Below are positions 11,200 through 24,075 of a stretch of DNA of 64,000 nt, piece by piece. Source of the DNA: Lepidodermella squamata. Lineage: Eukaryota > Animalia > Gastrotricha. The stretch's first letter is position 1. The number at the start of each line of letters is the position of its first letter. Under the pieces are notes generated by a model. That model was not told the DNA's origin. It was given only the letters and a program-made list of their open reading frames with translations, and ran no database searches. The position numbers and the translations under genes are program-made. Where the stretch lies: NCBI GenBank assembly GCA_047495785.1, contig JBLDXI010000032.1:2666001-2730000 (forward strand). Reading direction: 5' to 3'.

Positions 11200-14100
11200 T
11201 CAGACGCGCCTCGCGACACCGCAAGTTTCGGCGATCTGCGAATAGTCGTCGCCCAACTGGTTGAGTACGTGCAGGTTCAACGGCGCGTCCGTGTAGCCGG
11301 ACGATACCGTGATTGTATCGAGGCCGTCGTCGCCGTGCCACTGGGCGCCGGTGCCGCGGCCCGAACTCGGCGAGGTCATCATCGACAGGTCAGCGGCTCG
11401 TAACCGAGACGATAGAATACTGTCCAGTGTCAACTCGGTTTCGTATTCAGGGTCTGTTCAAGATGAATTAGATAGACAAGAAAATAAGGGAAATAGCGAG
11501 TCTTACATTGATTGTTCGGAGGATTCGGGGTGCCGAAAGCGGGTAGGTAGCCGGGTACGTACTTGACCGGTGAACCAGGTAAATCCGGGGATCCGACCTT
11601 CTTTTCGCGGCGCTTTTTGGTGATCAAGAAAAGCAGAACTGAAATGAGAATTTTTTATTAATTAGGAAATATTTGTGTAAATGGTCCTTACGAATCATTA
11701 GAATGATTAGCAGAACCACGGCGAATACAATGATGAGTATCCAGTACCATTCCAATTGAGTTGATGAAACAATACGATCACTGCTAAGAGAAAAATTAAG
11801 AAAATTATTTCGATTCTATATATCATTTGTGCTACCGATTCGCTAGCAACCCTCTTAAAACCTCGTAAATCGAATTTAAAAAATTTGAAAGGCACTCAGC
11901 AATCAACTTTCGTCCCGATTAATGAGATGATCAGAAAAATTCATTTTAGGTGAACATTTGAATGGGCGTGGCAAAAGTGTACATTGTTGGGTTCCAGCCG
12001 TAGATTTTTCCAACATGTGGCTTTTCGAGTTTCAAAAGCCCTCCTTAAAATCTCAATTAAGGCCTCCTGGTTACCTCTGCCATGATCAGTAAATGAAGCT
12101 TGCTCACACAAAGGAAGCGGAATCTTCGGCGCCGAAAATCGCGGATCGTCAGATTGTTCAGCGATCATCAGAAGTGGGCGATGAAAGGCGAAAAAGCAAC
12201 TCACGTCACTAAACTAATGTGCTTGGACTGCCAGCCGTTCTCGGCTGTCGAAACCGCAGGCTTACCGCGTTTGGTCAGACAAGCTTTTCCGAAGTATCAA
12301 ATCCCATTCTTGAACGTGAATAATTTCTAATTTCAATTTACCATTGCCATTAGTAATGAAGAGGATAACACTGTAATATTTCCTGAAGAAGGACCGTCTA
12401 AGCCCAACCTTCGTACTCCCGAATTCGAATTAAAAGCCGCTCTCTTGGCTTTGATTTCATCGAAAAGCTTCGTTCGGCTTTCAAAGGCAATCAAAGCACG
12501 AAGGGTTCGGCACCTTGTTGAAGTTATTGTTCTACGATATTATGTGGGACACTACGCCAGGTTATTTGCAGGGCATCTGCCTCGGAGTAATGAAGAAAAT
12601 TTGCCAGCTCATCCTCAAGTTCGAGACAGATAGTCAAGTATGGCTACATGGTTGCCGCTGAAACTTGCCACAATTCAAGCCGGTCTGCGGCCGTACACCA
12701 CGCAAGAAGACCGAGACATGTGGGACTCTCTTCGCGGTAAGTTCACGAAATGTCATAAAGCCTACCAAGCTAGTGGCTCGTCAGCTGTTGATAAGAAGAG
12801 CCGTTTTCCATACTACGAGGCGATGAGTTTCCTTGCCGACGTTACAAAAACAAGTTTGGAAATTTTGAAATCCCCTCGAAGCATCGCCGCCGTCAATCTC
12901 TGATTCTTCATCGAATCAATTCAAAACGAAGAAGCCGAGGTGGCTGTGCAAATGGCGAAGCACGAAAAGTAAGAAAAGTCACTCAATAAAATGAAGAAAA
13001 ATCAGTCACAATAAATGACGAGATCAAAGTTGTTGAGAAATGTTCTGTTGAAAACTTGCGCTCTATCGAATCATCTCGCGATCCACGCGTTAAAACATAA
13101 AAAGAAAAATCAGTTGATGCTAGATTTTCTTGGCAATATCTCAATCTGGGTGGGTTCAATTCATATTTGACGATCTGATAAACATGGACATAGACATGCG
13201 CGCTCAATCCTCCACCCCGCCCCTGCTTGATACGTCAGGTGATGACCGCATATCTGGGGAAATGCTACGGCTCAGGCCTCTCAACACAGAGCTCGGTAAA
13301 CATGTGAAGACGTTAAGCGAGAGTACGAGAGGAACACTCCATCGACAATTCTTTGGGCATGTACCAACTTAAGTATAGCTTCCGCTGCCATCCGGCCTCA
13401 ACCCATCGCTCAGGCGGTTTATTTATTATTTTTTTCATAATCTTTCGGTTACGCGACACTATCTGGCAGCGATGGGCTTTGATGCCACCATGCCGAATTG
13501 CATCGGGCGCACAGCGAAACAGTTCACCACTGATGAGGCTAACGAATCTAGGTTCGTTACGGACATTCGCTGGGTCGTCGAGGCGCGCAACGGTCACATT
13601 AAAAACTTCTCGATGTGGCGTCATGTTTTGCCTAAAATAGGTGCGTTGACCCCACACGTCGGAGACGACTTGCGTATCACCTGCGCGCTCATCAACGTTT
13701 ACTACATACTTACTTTTTTGGGTTATCCCTTTCTTTTTCTCACGTCTGATCATTGTTCGAGTCTGTTGCCGGGTTGGCCATAACTTTGCAGGGATGCATT
13801 GATACCCTGAAAAGTGGCGTTTGCTCGCCCCGCCATCCTTGATGCGTCAGGTGATGACCGCATAGCTGAGGAAATGCATCTCGTCAAGACGTTGAGCGCG
13901 AGTACGAGAGGAACACTTCGATGGCAGCCTATGGGAGGCGAGGACTGTATCGACGACTTTCCGCGACTAACAAGAGATGACTTGCTCGACATTACTTTAG
14001 GCATGTATCAACTTAAGTAGGCTCATTCCTGAACATTTATCGCCTACTGGCCAATATGAATATTTCGTTAGCAAGATCGAAAGGGACATATTAATGGTCG

Positions 14101-17100
14101 CGTTAATTTTGCTGTTAAAACCAGTCGCTACCAACGGCAACAAGAATGCCATTAAGCGGCGCAACGGTGACAACAATCATGCAGCCGCTCGGGCCAGGTG
14201 TACCCAATTGCCGCCGTTTCACTTTTTCGTCCATTCTTAATGCTTTAGAGCGCTCAAATCTTTCTGATAATGAAATTACCCACTTTGTATAATGACTGTT
14301 TGTTATATTACTGACTGAGTTGGCCGTAAACTGCTCGGTTATTAGTAAATGAGTGTACTTAATCGCACTAAGTGCTGACGCTGATGTGTAGTTGTCAGCA
14401 TGTATAACGATGGCTGGAATCTGGACTTTTCGAAATAATCACCGAGTTCAGCAACTTTCAAGGCAGCAAGAGCAGCATTGCTAAGCTGCGGGAGCGGTGC
14501 TCTAAGTTAGCCAAAGAACGAACAGATCGCGGCATGAAACCTTGAGTCTTCAGTCAAAGATTCCGATCAAATTACGCCCGGTTACGCAAGGTTCACGACC
14601 TTGTCTGTTGCCAAGCCGCGTACCTTCAAACACTATGACTGGTTCAAGCGGGTCATGAGCGACAAAGGCGCTGTCGATCCTGAATTTCATATCTCACTTG
14701 GCGAAGAAGGAATTGTTGTCCATTTTAAGTTGTTCTGCTCTGTCACCGTGTCCCTTGACTGGTTTTGCCTGAAACACACTATTTCGCTGAGACAACATGC
14801 TTCGCAGCCGAAATTTGCGAATTAGAACTACGAAGATCGCGAATCTAAAGTACGAAGCTTTTACAAAACTTCTGAGGCCGAAAACGCCTCTTCGAAGTAG
14901 TTAGTGAACGCACTGTTATAATTCAGCCAGAAGAGGCGATATCAAATTCAAAATTTAAGTATCGACATTTTAAATCTGTGATTTTCCTCATAAATCCCCA
15001 GTCTATCTGAAGTTAAAAACTTTACAATATTTTTGCCCAACTAATTGTACTAAGTAGCTAACAAATTCTGGCATAAAAATGGATTTTTAAAGTAAATTTT
15101 TAACTCACCTTATTACAAAAACGACGTTAGCTGTAGATCCGATATTCACCGGATCGCTACCAGACTGGTTGGTTGTGTATTGAGCAGCCAGCATCACGTT
15201 TTTGTTGATCAGTGAAACTGTCCCATCGGCTGAGGTAGGTCCGCTGTAGTAGAGCAGGTACGAGTTAGGCCGCAGTTCATCCCTAATCAGGCTGTAGAGC
15301 GTGGCCGAGGAGCCAACGAGAGACACCTGAACCAGATTATCGGCAGCACGCGCATCGAATGGGTCGAGTGCTCGGGTCTTTCGTGGGCGAAAGGCTGATC
15401 TTTGCGAGCTCAGCATTGCAGCGAATTGTGTCTAAAAAATACCACCAAATAATGGTTAACTTCCACAGAAAAAATGTCTCGTAATTTGGGAAAATTTTAG
15501 AATGCAAAAATTCTTGCAATACCAATTTAATTACTAGACCTCGGCTTATAGTACACGCAAAATCAAGTTGTTCCTTTTATGGAGGTTCACAGTGAAGCAG
15601 CCAAAATAAGACTAGAAAACAAAACGATCCTCATTTTAACCTTCATCCCTTCGCGTTACAGCGAAACGGGTCACAAATATGAACTCTGGGTCGATGTGTG
15701 CAAGTGGACGCGCCGAATGCATGGGTCTACATAAAGACGAATTCGCCATCGTCGACAAACAAGTTAGCGAAAAAGGCATTGTAACGCACGTCTTCCCGTA
15801 AACATCGCCGAGTGACATCCGCTGGAGATTCCTGGTCTCCTGGATGAAAGGGAGGTAACGCTCGTACGGGGCAAGGTTAAAACAAAATGTCTTTGGACTG
15901 GCAAAGACGAAGAGTCGTTTGAATACGTGTGAATACGAAGAAGAAGAAAAACAAGCCGAATACATTAGGTCCGTAGATATTAAGTCGATCGAGCAAATCG
16001 TCCGGATTTTGAGTCCCAACGGCGACATTGTCAACAGATTGCTTACTGTTATCCCTATAACGGGGAATGCAACTGGAGAAATAATCGCTCAAGCTGTTGG
16101 CGATTTCTTCCGAGAACAAAACTTGCTGAAGACCTGGAGGAAGTGCACAGTAGTCTGTTATTTCACAGCGATGTTCGCTGGCTTTCACGTGGAAAAACCG
16201 TGGATCGCTTCCTTGAACTGCTCGAAACGATTCTGATATTTGCGCAAGAGGAGAACATTGCGTTTGATCAGCGACTTCTAATTTCAAAATTCAAAGTCGA
16301 ACTCGCATTCGTTTCGGACGTCCTGGATGAGCTGAACAGTCTAAACAGTAAAATGCAAAAACCAAATTCGTCGATTTTTGAAATCAGAGCGCTAGTTCAG
16401 GATTTCACAGCCTTGCTCGATGATTGGCTGACGTTTGTTGAAGAAGCCGACTTTGACCTTTTCAGTAAAACCGTTTCGGCTCTTCAGGAGAAGGATTATC
16501 CGTCTGAAGATTTGTCAAATTTTGCGACGGAATACCGCGAAGGGTTCAGCGGCTACTTCACGAAGTTGGATGACATTGACTGTTTGAAGTTTGCAATCGG
16601 CCCATTCTGCGATCGCATTCCTGATGTGTCTCGTGTACAAGCGTATTTCGGCCTTAAACATCGACTCGAAGGAAGTGAAGCGCGCTCTTGTAAGAATGCG
16701 TCATAATTCTGCGCCTAAAGCTGTTTGGAAGGAAAAAGTGTCCATCCGACACTTTTGGCGAGATCGATTGATCGAGCCGGATCATGCCCATCTGGCAAAA
16801 GCGGCGCTCCTAACCTTCATCATTCAACCTTCAACAGTGGACGTGGAGCGGGCGTTTTCAGCAATGAGTTTAACGAAGACCACCGAAGGAGTAAGCGACC
16901 ACCTTGGTATCGGCATGGTGATTGAAATGGAAGCAAAGACACCAACTGTCGACAACGTACAGCATCAAGAAGTAAAAATGGACTTTAAGCACATGAACGT
17001 CAATCGACTTCTGAATGCTCTGCGAAAACGTCTCGTCAAAGCCGGCACTCGCAACGATTGCAGACTCCGACCACAGACTCTTTTGTTTTCGGGCTTGGAC

Positions 17101-20100
17101 CACACTGCTCTTGCGTTGTTTTTTCTCGGTGTGGCATTATATGATACGTTGTGATTTTGATACTCCCAACTGCCTCGTGTCTTTTCTTATGTGCTCGATA
17201 AATTATACGTGCCATTATACTTCGTGCCATTATTACTAGATCAACAACACGATTCAGTAGACCAAGATATCTAAGCCAAGGTAGAGGCAAAACGAGCGTT
17301 GAAGCCGGAGGTGGCGTCTGTGATATACCAAATAAAAGTCGAGCGTCCAAAGCCGGAAACAAACGTGAGAAAATCGGCAACCAAACGACTCGAGACGAAG
17401 CAAGTCGGGAAGGATCAGACGAACCGCCTTATGCCGCGTCGCCGACAGGACCACAGAGTGCGACTTCTGCAGAGGGCGATAACCACAAAATTAACACGAA
17501 AGTCGGAGATAGCCACCCTAATGTATGGCGGTTCTCCAGTGCCATGCTTGAACTTGGAAATGACGCAATCTTGACCAGATCGCTACTAACAAGAATCAGA
17601 GGATCTACGCTCGAATCACTCAGCGCATCGGCAAATTTTGGGACGATATTGATCGAAACGAACTTGGTGTAATTGAATTCCAAAAAGAATTCGAAGCAAA
17701 AAGAAGACCTGCTCGACTTTGTTAACCCGGAAGTCGCGACTTATACGATGTTGGCGAGGAAAACTAAAGGGCGAAAATTTAGAGCTCCGGCCATTTTCTA
17801 AGAATGACTAGTGATGCGTTATTTGCGTATGAAATGGTCGCCATTTCTGAAAATAGTATTGTGTAACGCCATGTAGGGTTTACCGCTCAACTGAACCCAC
17901 TGCCCAGACTTGCCTCCATTGACTCTAACTCTGCTCAATCTTAGAACATATAAATCCAGTCTCTTCCCTATAGCTTACATGTAAATGCAACATAGTTTCC
18001 TCATTTTTTCTCAAAAATCTTTAAAAGAATTGCAAAAATCTGAACGAAAAAATGAACATACCAGAGTAAAATTGACGAGTAAAGTTTTAGGCGTGACGAC
18101 AACGGGCACTGGAACTCGCAAGACCTGATTGCCGAGCGCATCTTCCTCATAGATATTAACCGGCAATGGTGTCATCACGAACAAGTCCGGAATTTTCGGC
18201 TTCGACACAAAATTGTTGTTCACCGTAATTCGCGTCGTGCCGTTATTCCAAAACCGCCCATTGAACACCGACATTTCGAGCGGGAATTCAACCCTCGGCG
18301 TCGCTGTGTCATTCGCAAAAATTATCGGCTGTAACAGGTAGATGTAGCCGTTATTAGGATCAACCGAAAACGTCCCAGTCGCGTCGGTGACGAAATAATA
18401 ACTGCTTGTATCAACAACAGACGGCGTTAGACCAGGTTTGACCGGCGCAATTCTACACCGAGCACTGATCGGCTTCAAAATTTCGTGAGACTGCGGCACG
18501 CCATCCGGGCAGAACAGGCTAACATCCGGCTCAGTCCTCGGCTGCGCGTCAATCGTGATTTTCGGCGTTCGAGCGTCCTGGTCGTTGATGAGGGTCTTCC
18601 TACACTCCTGGCCGGACCATTGCGAATCTTCGATAACAATCGAACACTGGCCGCTTGAGCCATAGTCGAAAGCCTCAGCCACCTTAATAAAACCGACACC
18701 AATTGACCGGCCATCGATTTGCTCCTTCAGAAACTCGAATTTCAGCTTCTTGTTATCGCCACCTAATGAGCTGGGGCATGAAACGAAAGCCGAGCAGCTC
18801 AACCCGCCGTTCTCCTCGAGATCTGCGTCGAAAAGCTTGACAGCCATCAGCGGAGTGTTGACTGTCACGTCGTCAGGAATATGAAAATTTTCGGTGTAGT
18901 AATCTCGCGGTGAATTTTGGTTCTTGTCATTCACGCGTACTGCAAAGCCGAATTGAGCGTCGATGCCTAAACTCGGCTTGTTCACATTGATTCGAACGTG
19001 CAATTGGCGGTCTTCGCTGTAATCGAGATGTACGGTTGGCTTGCGAGAAATCAACTTGACAGCAATTTCTCCGTTGCTAGGATAACACGACAGTTCGGCA
19101 TCAGTGTCGGATAATTTGTCGATTAACGCGCACGTCACATCGTTGGCTTCTAGGGTCAACCTTGGATTAGCGAAATGAACTCGAACTGTTGCTAATTCGA
19201 CGGTTTTCGAGAGAGGGTTGTCGAAGACGTATAGCGATTTTGAGATGGAAAATCGGGGTGTGACTGAATTAGCGGCGGTTGGGTCGAGGAGATTCACGCG
19301 AATGTTGACGGTAGCTGGCACTTGAGTAACGGCTAATAGATTTCGAGAGGAGTAAGATCGTAGCTGTCGCGAAATGGTTGCCAACACTTTGAAATCGTAC
19401 GAAGTCTGCACAAAAATTAGATTTTTAACAAAATTTCGAGTAAAATTCTAGTAAATCCAAAAAATTCTAGGCGTAAGGAACGAACCACCGCGCAAACTAA
19501 TCCCGGGCACATAAATTCAAGCGATCATTAAAATCTATAATTTTTGTTGAGAACTGACGCAAATAACAACACTGGCGCCGAAAGTGCATGTAAATAAAAA
19601 ACGTGTGGATTATGTTCCAGAATTAGCATTCTGTCAATGTTCAAAACTTGACATTTGTCCAAATGGCACCTGGCCACAAATGCTGACTGGCATTTATTCG
19701 AATCGAAAAACCTAGATGAGACCGGATCTGAAGCTTACGCTTTGTTTTTCTGTGATCGGTTATGCGGAGAAGCGAAAAGCGATGATTGACCAAGCAGTAA
19801 CGCTTGTTGAAATGAAGTTGCAGGCTACGAAAATCTTGAGTGCTCTGATTTGGGATTGAATTCCATTGCTGTTTTCGGCTGTTCAGTCCACTTATATGAT
19901 CTTTTCTTGGAAACGCTGTCTTAACCAAATAGAAGTTATTTATTGCCAACATCAAGCCCATTAAAACGCCTTCCGAGTAGCCAAGGTACAAAACGAGCTC
20001 CTGAAAATAACAAGCGTCCTCACCAGAGAATCGATTCATACTACCAAGCTCGCAAAATTGACGGCTATTTCGTTCGAACATTCACCGTTTTGAAAGAACG

Positions 20101-23100
20101 TCATTCGGATCAATTCGTAAAACTAACTCGAATGAGCCCTCAAAATTGCGATTTATTAGTCGCGAAAGTTTGCCATTACCCAAGTCCTACTCGTCGGTTA
20201 GGGCGGCCACCTAGTTCTGTTTTTTAAATATTAGGGTATGTTCTCAATAATTCTCATGGCGGTGGCCGACGCTAAGTATCGTTTCGTCATGGTTGACATC
20301 GGCGCGCCGGGGCACTGTCTGACTTGACCGTCTGCGTTCGAAGCGGAATACCCGAAAGGATGTCCGTCTTTTTTCCGGACGAAGAACTTCTCTTACCAGA
20401 GTCGAACCTAAACAGAAGCTACTACATAGTGGCCGACGCCGCATTTGGCTTGTTCAAGCTACCGCTTGGCATTAAAAGTGTGCGAATTTGAAGCGTCGAA
20501 AGTTTGAGATGGATGGGTACCTTCTGAGACTCGGAAAAATACGAACAAGAAAACCAGCTGAACGGGACCAAAACGAAGACGAATTACATGGTATTTGGTA
20601 TGGAGCCCGAATCGGATGAAGTATTGTTGTTCAACAATGAGCAGCTCGAAAAGGTAAGGAAGTTCAAATACCTTGGAATCTGGTTCTCCGAAGATCTGCC
20701 CTTCAAGGAAGCCATCAAGCACTGCCACCTAAAGTTAATGCGACAACCACCATCACTCATGAAGGTTAACGCCATATCCGTACCGACCAACCCAGGTGAG
20801 CATTTGGCGCCAGCTCAAACCATCAACCACGTGGCTACGGCGGAAACACGGCCATCGAGCCGTCTACTGGCGAAGGAAATTTGGATGCCGTCTGGCGACC
20901 AGGAACGGAAGATCGCAGCGATTCGGTTGACGGCAGCATGTTGAACGCCGCTAACTTGACGCAGCAGATGATGAAGAACAAGATAGACAGGGCAGAGAAA
21001 GAGTTGGGCAACCTTGGATTGGCGGGTCTCACTCATCCGACCATCTGCATACGAAGTGCGAAAAGTATTGTGCGAAACAGATATAGCTGGACGGCGCGCC
21101 TGGAACTGCATGCGGCCGTTCGGAGGCAAAAATCCTTTGCCTTAATTAACCTCGAGATTTTCTACAATGTATGACGCTCTACTAACCGCAAAAGTGGTCG
21201 TTTATCGCGAATCTGGTCAATCTCTGACGATGATAGTTCGTCGACTGGGCATTCCCAGGAGCTCAGTTCAATCTGTCTAGACAATCGTTATATCTCTAAA
21301 ACTGACGGCCAATAGCGCAATATTTGACGCGTAAGAGTGAGATTCGTGGGTTAGGCATTATAGCAAAAAATCATATTCTAAAAACGGCTTGAAACTCGAA
21401 AAACCACACGCCGGTGAAATCTAGTGCTGGAGCCTCACATTTGGCATTGGAACCCTAAATTTAGGGTGTCCACTTGGACCACTCAAATTTACTAGGGTTC
21501 ATACTTGAGTTGAAGTTTGGATAAAATTCGTAAATTGGAATGAAAAATTTACCGCGCTTGATTTCAGAGGACCGTTCACGAAAATTCGTCCATCATTGTC
21601 AATTTTGAACGGAAAAGTGCCGCCTCCGTTGCCATTGGTCGTCATATCTTGCAGTGAGTAATTGATCGGAACCTCCAAATTCTTCTTCAAATCCAACTTG
21701 TGCCGAACCCAATCAACAGCTAAAACCTGCGCAATCGCCGTATCCTTGTCAGAATAATTCGACTGGATCGAAAGTTGCAAGCTCTGCGACGAGACCGGCA
21801 TGTAGGGTGAAATAAAGGTCGGCTGTTTAGACACGCCATCAAGTGAAGCCAGATTCAACCGAATCGTACATGACCCGATTTTCGCATTGGTCTCCATCCC
21901 AGATTGCCGGTCGATTATGTTCATTTTAACGAGAACATAGCCCTTCGGACCAGCGGCTGATGCCCAATCCTCGAGCAGTTTCGTCGACAAGACCTGCTTT
22001 TGCGTCAACCGAAATTCGTTCTTCAGGCCGCTCGATTTTTCGAAATGCAAAACATCGCGAAGTCTCGTGTTTATCAACGTTTCTTTCGGCGAAAGAATTT
22101 CAAATGAATGATCGAATAGATCATCGCCGTCTTCATCGTGTCCATACAAGACGATTTGGTAGCAATCGATCCCCGAACATGCCGAAGCCAGATTCGAGTC
22201 GGATGCTACCTTCAACGACTTGTCATTTCTGTCATAACAGCCCTCTTCGAAAATCGGATTATAGCGATTCTCAGCCAGCGCTTTGACGTTCAAAATCATC
22301 GAAACTGATAACGGACTGCTGCATAACTCTATGCAGAGCTTGATTTCCAATTCGTAATCTTTATCAGTGTCGGTTAAGGTGACTTTTTTCGGGTCGATAT
22401 AAAGGATTTTCTCATTATCGTCCAACCGGAATAAATCGCTAGGGTAGGAGGAGCTGTACGATAGCTGAAACCAACTTCGCTGTGGCATCACCTGATTCAA
22501 CTGAGCCGCGGGTTCGTAAATTTTGACGGATTTATCGTTTGACAAAAAAGTCAGCCGTCGAATTCGAACTTCGTCGCGAGATCGCACGAAGTCGATTCTC
22601 GGCTCAGGGCAGTCGTAAACAGCAACCGTGATGCCGGCATTGATAGGTAAAGTTGCAGCTTTTTTCCCGCCAACGATCAATTTATAGCCAATGCTATTCG
22701 AATTCGGCTCGCCGTAAACAAGTTCCAGCGATGAATAACGGACTCCGTAACGGGTCAAATTTGTTGACAAATCAGAGCTAAAAAATTAATTAAAATTATT
22801 TCACCTAAAAATGCTGCCTGCAAAACTCACCCGAATTCCAAATCATACATGAGATTGAACTCTGAATATGATAGTCTCAATTTGCCACGAGAACAATCTC
22901 TAGGTAACTTGCACGGCGGACTTTGATCACAGCATAGTGGTAGCTGGGCGTCTTTTGGTTGCTCAACTAATGCGTGAAAGAAGCGGAAATTACTCCAATT
23001 TACGATAATTCGGCTCTTACCTGTAATTTTCGGAGGATAATAAGCTCCATTTCGATAGGCGACTGAGATGTAATGGTAAGCCGATTCAAAGTAATATGAG

Positions 23101-23327
23101 TTGTCGGCATTTTTCAATATCTATGTAGAGTTAAGCCACCTCAATTTTTCAAGTTTTCATTTTATAAATAAACTCACCCTAATATTATAATTTTTATTCG
23201 AGAACTTCTTTATCAAATCCTCGCAAACTTGGTTGCGAGAGATACTCGAACCACATTCAGTTCGATTTGACAGGAACGCGAATAGCAAAAGCAGATATAT
23301 CAGATCACAATGAGTTAAATAAGTCAT
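11200..23327 (-). CDS. Divergent classical-type cadherin; approximate exons 23327-23179, 23120-22832, 22775-21553, 19405-18063, 15431-15109, 11783-11693, 11638-11507, 11453-11200
   Basis: Signal peptide MTYLTHCDLIYLLLLFAFLSNRTEC. Cadherin-like motifs ENRYNPIF, HDEDGDD, AQVLAVD, VNDKNQNSPR, FDADLEENG, FSVDPNNGYIYL. TM WYWILIIVFAVVLLIILMILLLFLI followed by KKRR. C-tail ILSSRLRAAD...LNQLGDDYSQIA resembles the beta-catenin-binding domain. Confidence 0.75.
12180..12315 (+). mobile_element. hAT transposase fragment (intronic)
   Basis: MCLDCQPFSAVETAGLPRLVRQAFPKYQIP matches the hAT/ZBED1-type 'D.QPFS.VE..GF..L....P.Y.IP' motif. Confidence 0.7.
12500..12903 (+). mobile_element. MADF/Myb-like accessory gene fragment of a PIF/Harbinger-type transposon
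   Basis: WDSLRGKFTK...SGSSA...FPYYEAMSFL is the typical C-terminal MADF signature. Confidence 0.6.
13210..14250 (+). mobile_element. Harbinger/ISL2EU-like DDE transposase remnants, partly duplicated
   Basis: KQFTTDEANESRFVTDIRWVVEARNGHIK, LRITCALIN and DFPRLTRDDLLDITLGMYQLK; 13217-13376 is an internally deleted copy of 13828-14019. Confidence 0.7.
15640..16880 (+). mobile_element. Degenerate hAT Buster/SPIN-family transposase (ZBED8/GTF2IRD2-like)
   Basis: ATGEIIAQAVGDFF, HSSLLFHSDVRWLSRGKTVDRFLEL, LNSLNSKMQ, and the hAT C-terminal dimerisation motif PSTVDVERAFSAMSLTKT; frameshifted. Confidence 0.85.
17465..17720 (+). mobile_element. MULE/Mutator transposase C-terminal fragment
   Basis: Off-track frame reads EGDNHKINTKVGDSHPNVWRF, followed by QRIGKFWDDIDRNELGVIEF, matching the MULE 'EG.HN.LN..V...HPNIW.F' motif. 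Confidence 0.55.
19960..20460 (+). mobile_element. PIF/Harbinger (HARBI1-like) nuclease fragments
   Basis: FVKLTRMSPQNCDLLV, SIILMAVADAKYRFVMVDIGAPG (~20263-20311) and YYIVADAAFGL (~20420-20452). Confidence 0.8.
20480..21170 (+). mobile_element. Non-LTR (LINE) reverse transcriptase C-terminal fragment
   Basis: LLFNNEQLEKVRKFKYLGIWFSEDL, the classic RT 'YLG' region; fragmented. Confidence 0.7.
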
Positions 23328-24075
23328 CTAAGAAAAACCGAAATACCTAATAAGTGTGAGAAAATAACTTATAGCACTATCATAGTGACTGCATTGCGTA
23401 TAGGCTCTCACGGGCTAATTGTGCGATGTATTGAAATCAAACTTTACGCTTCGTTTGTAAAACAACGCCCGTATACATGTATAGTATAGTTGGCACGAAA
23501 TTAGCAGTCCAGTTTCACGGCCTGTGATAAGAACTCGCACGAAATATAACCAGTCGTAGAAATAATAATAAATAGTAATACCATTATCATCAAACTAGGT
23601 ATTTTCACTCGCTCCACACCGCAGCTGACGCCCCCTCGTTTCAGATTACTACTACAACGCTTCACAAAAATAAACTACTACCGCAGGTTTTTTCGGGGTG
23701 GCTACCTGTATAACACCGCTCGTCATTCAACATACACACGCACACTACTGAATACAAATGCAAATTCTTCCGGGCTGAATTCCGAAATCTCGCATTCTAA
23801 TAACACCAATTTAATAGCACATGTGTGCATAAAAAACCTTGTTACCGAGAGCAGCTATCATCGCAACGTCTGGCCAATTTTACGCTACCGACTTCGTTAT
23901 TATAAATAGTATCTACCTACCTGCTGGTAACAGATGTGTAGACAGATTTGAAGGGGAAATTTTACATCGTCATTATCTACCAGAGTAAAAATGTAATCCA
24001 CTGAGTAAAAACGGTCAACAAGTTTATTCATATCTTGAATAAAAAACGCGGTATAAATAAAAGGGATCAAAGGGA

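Noticed and set aside
13529-13560. Other CTGATGA motifs (also ~49980, 51641, 54293, 63448) as hammerheads or C/D snoRNA boxes
   Set aside because: No convincing stem II plus GAAA arrangement or partner box, and most lie in coding frames.
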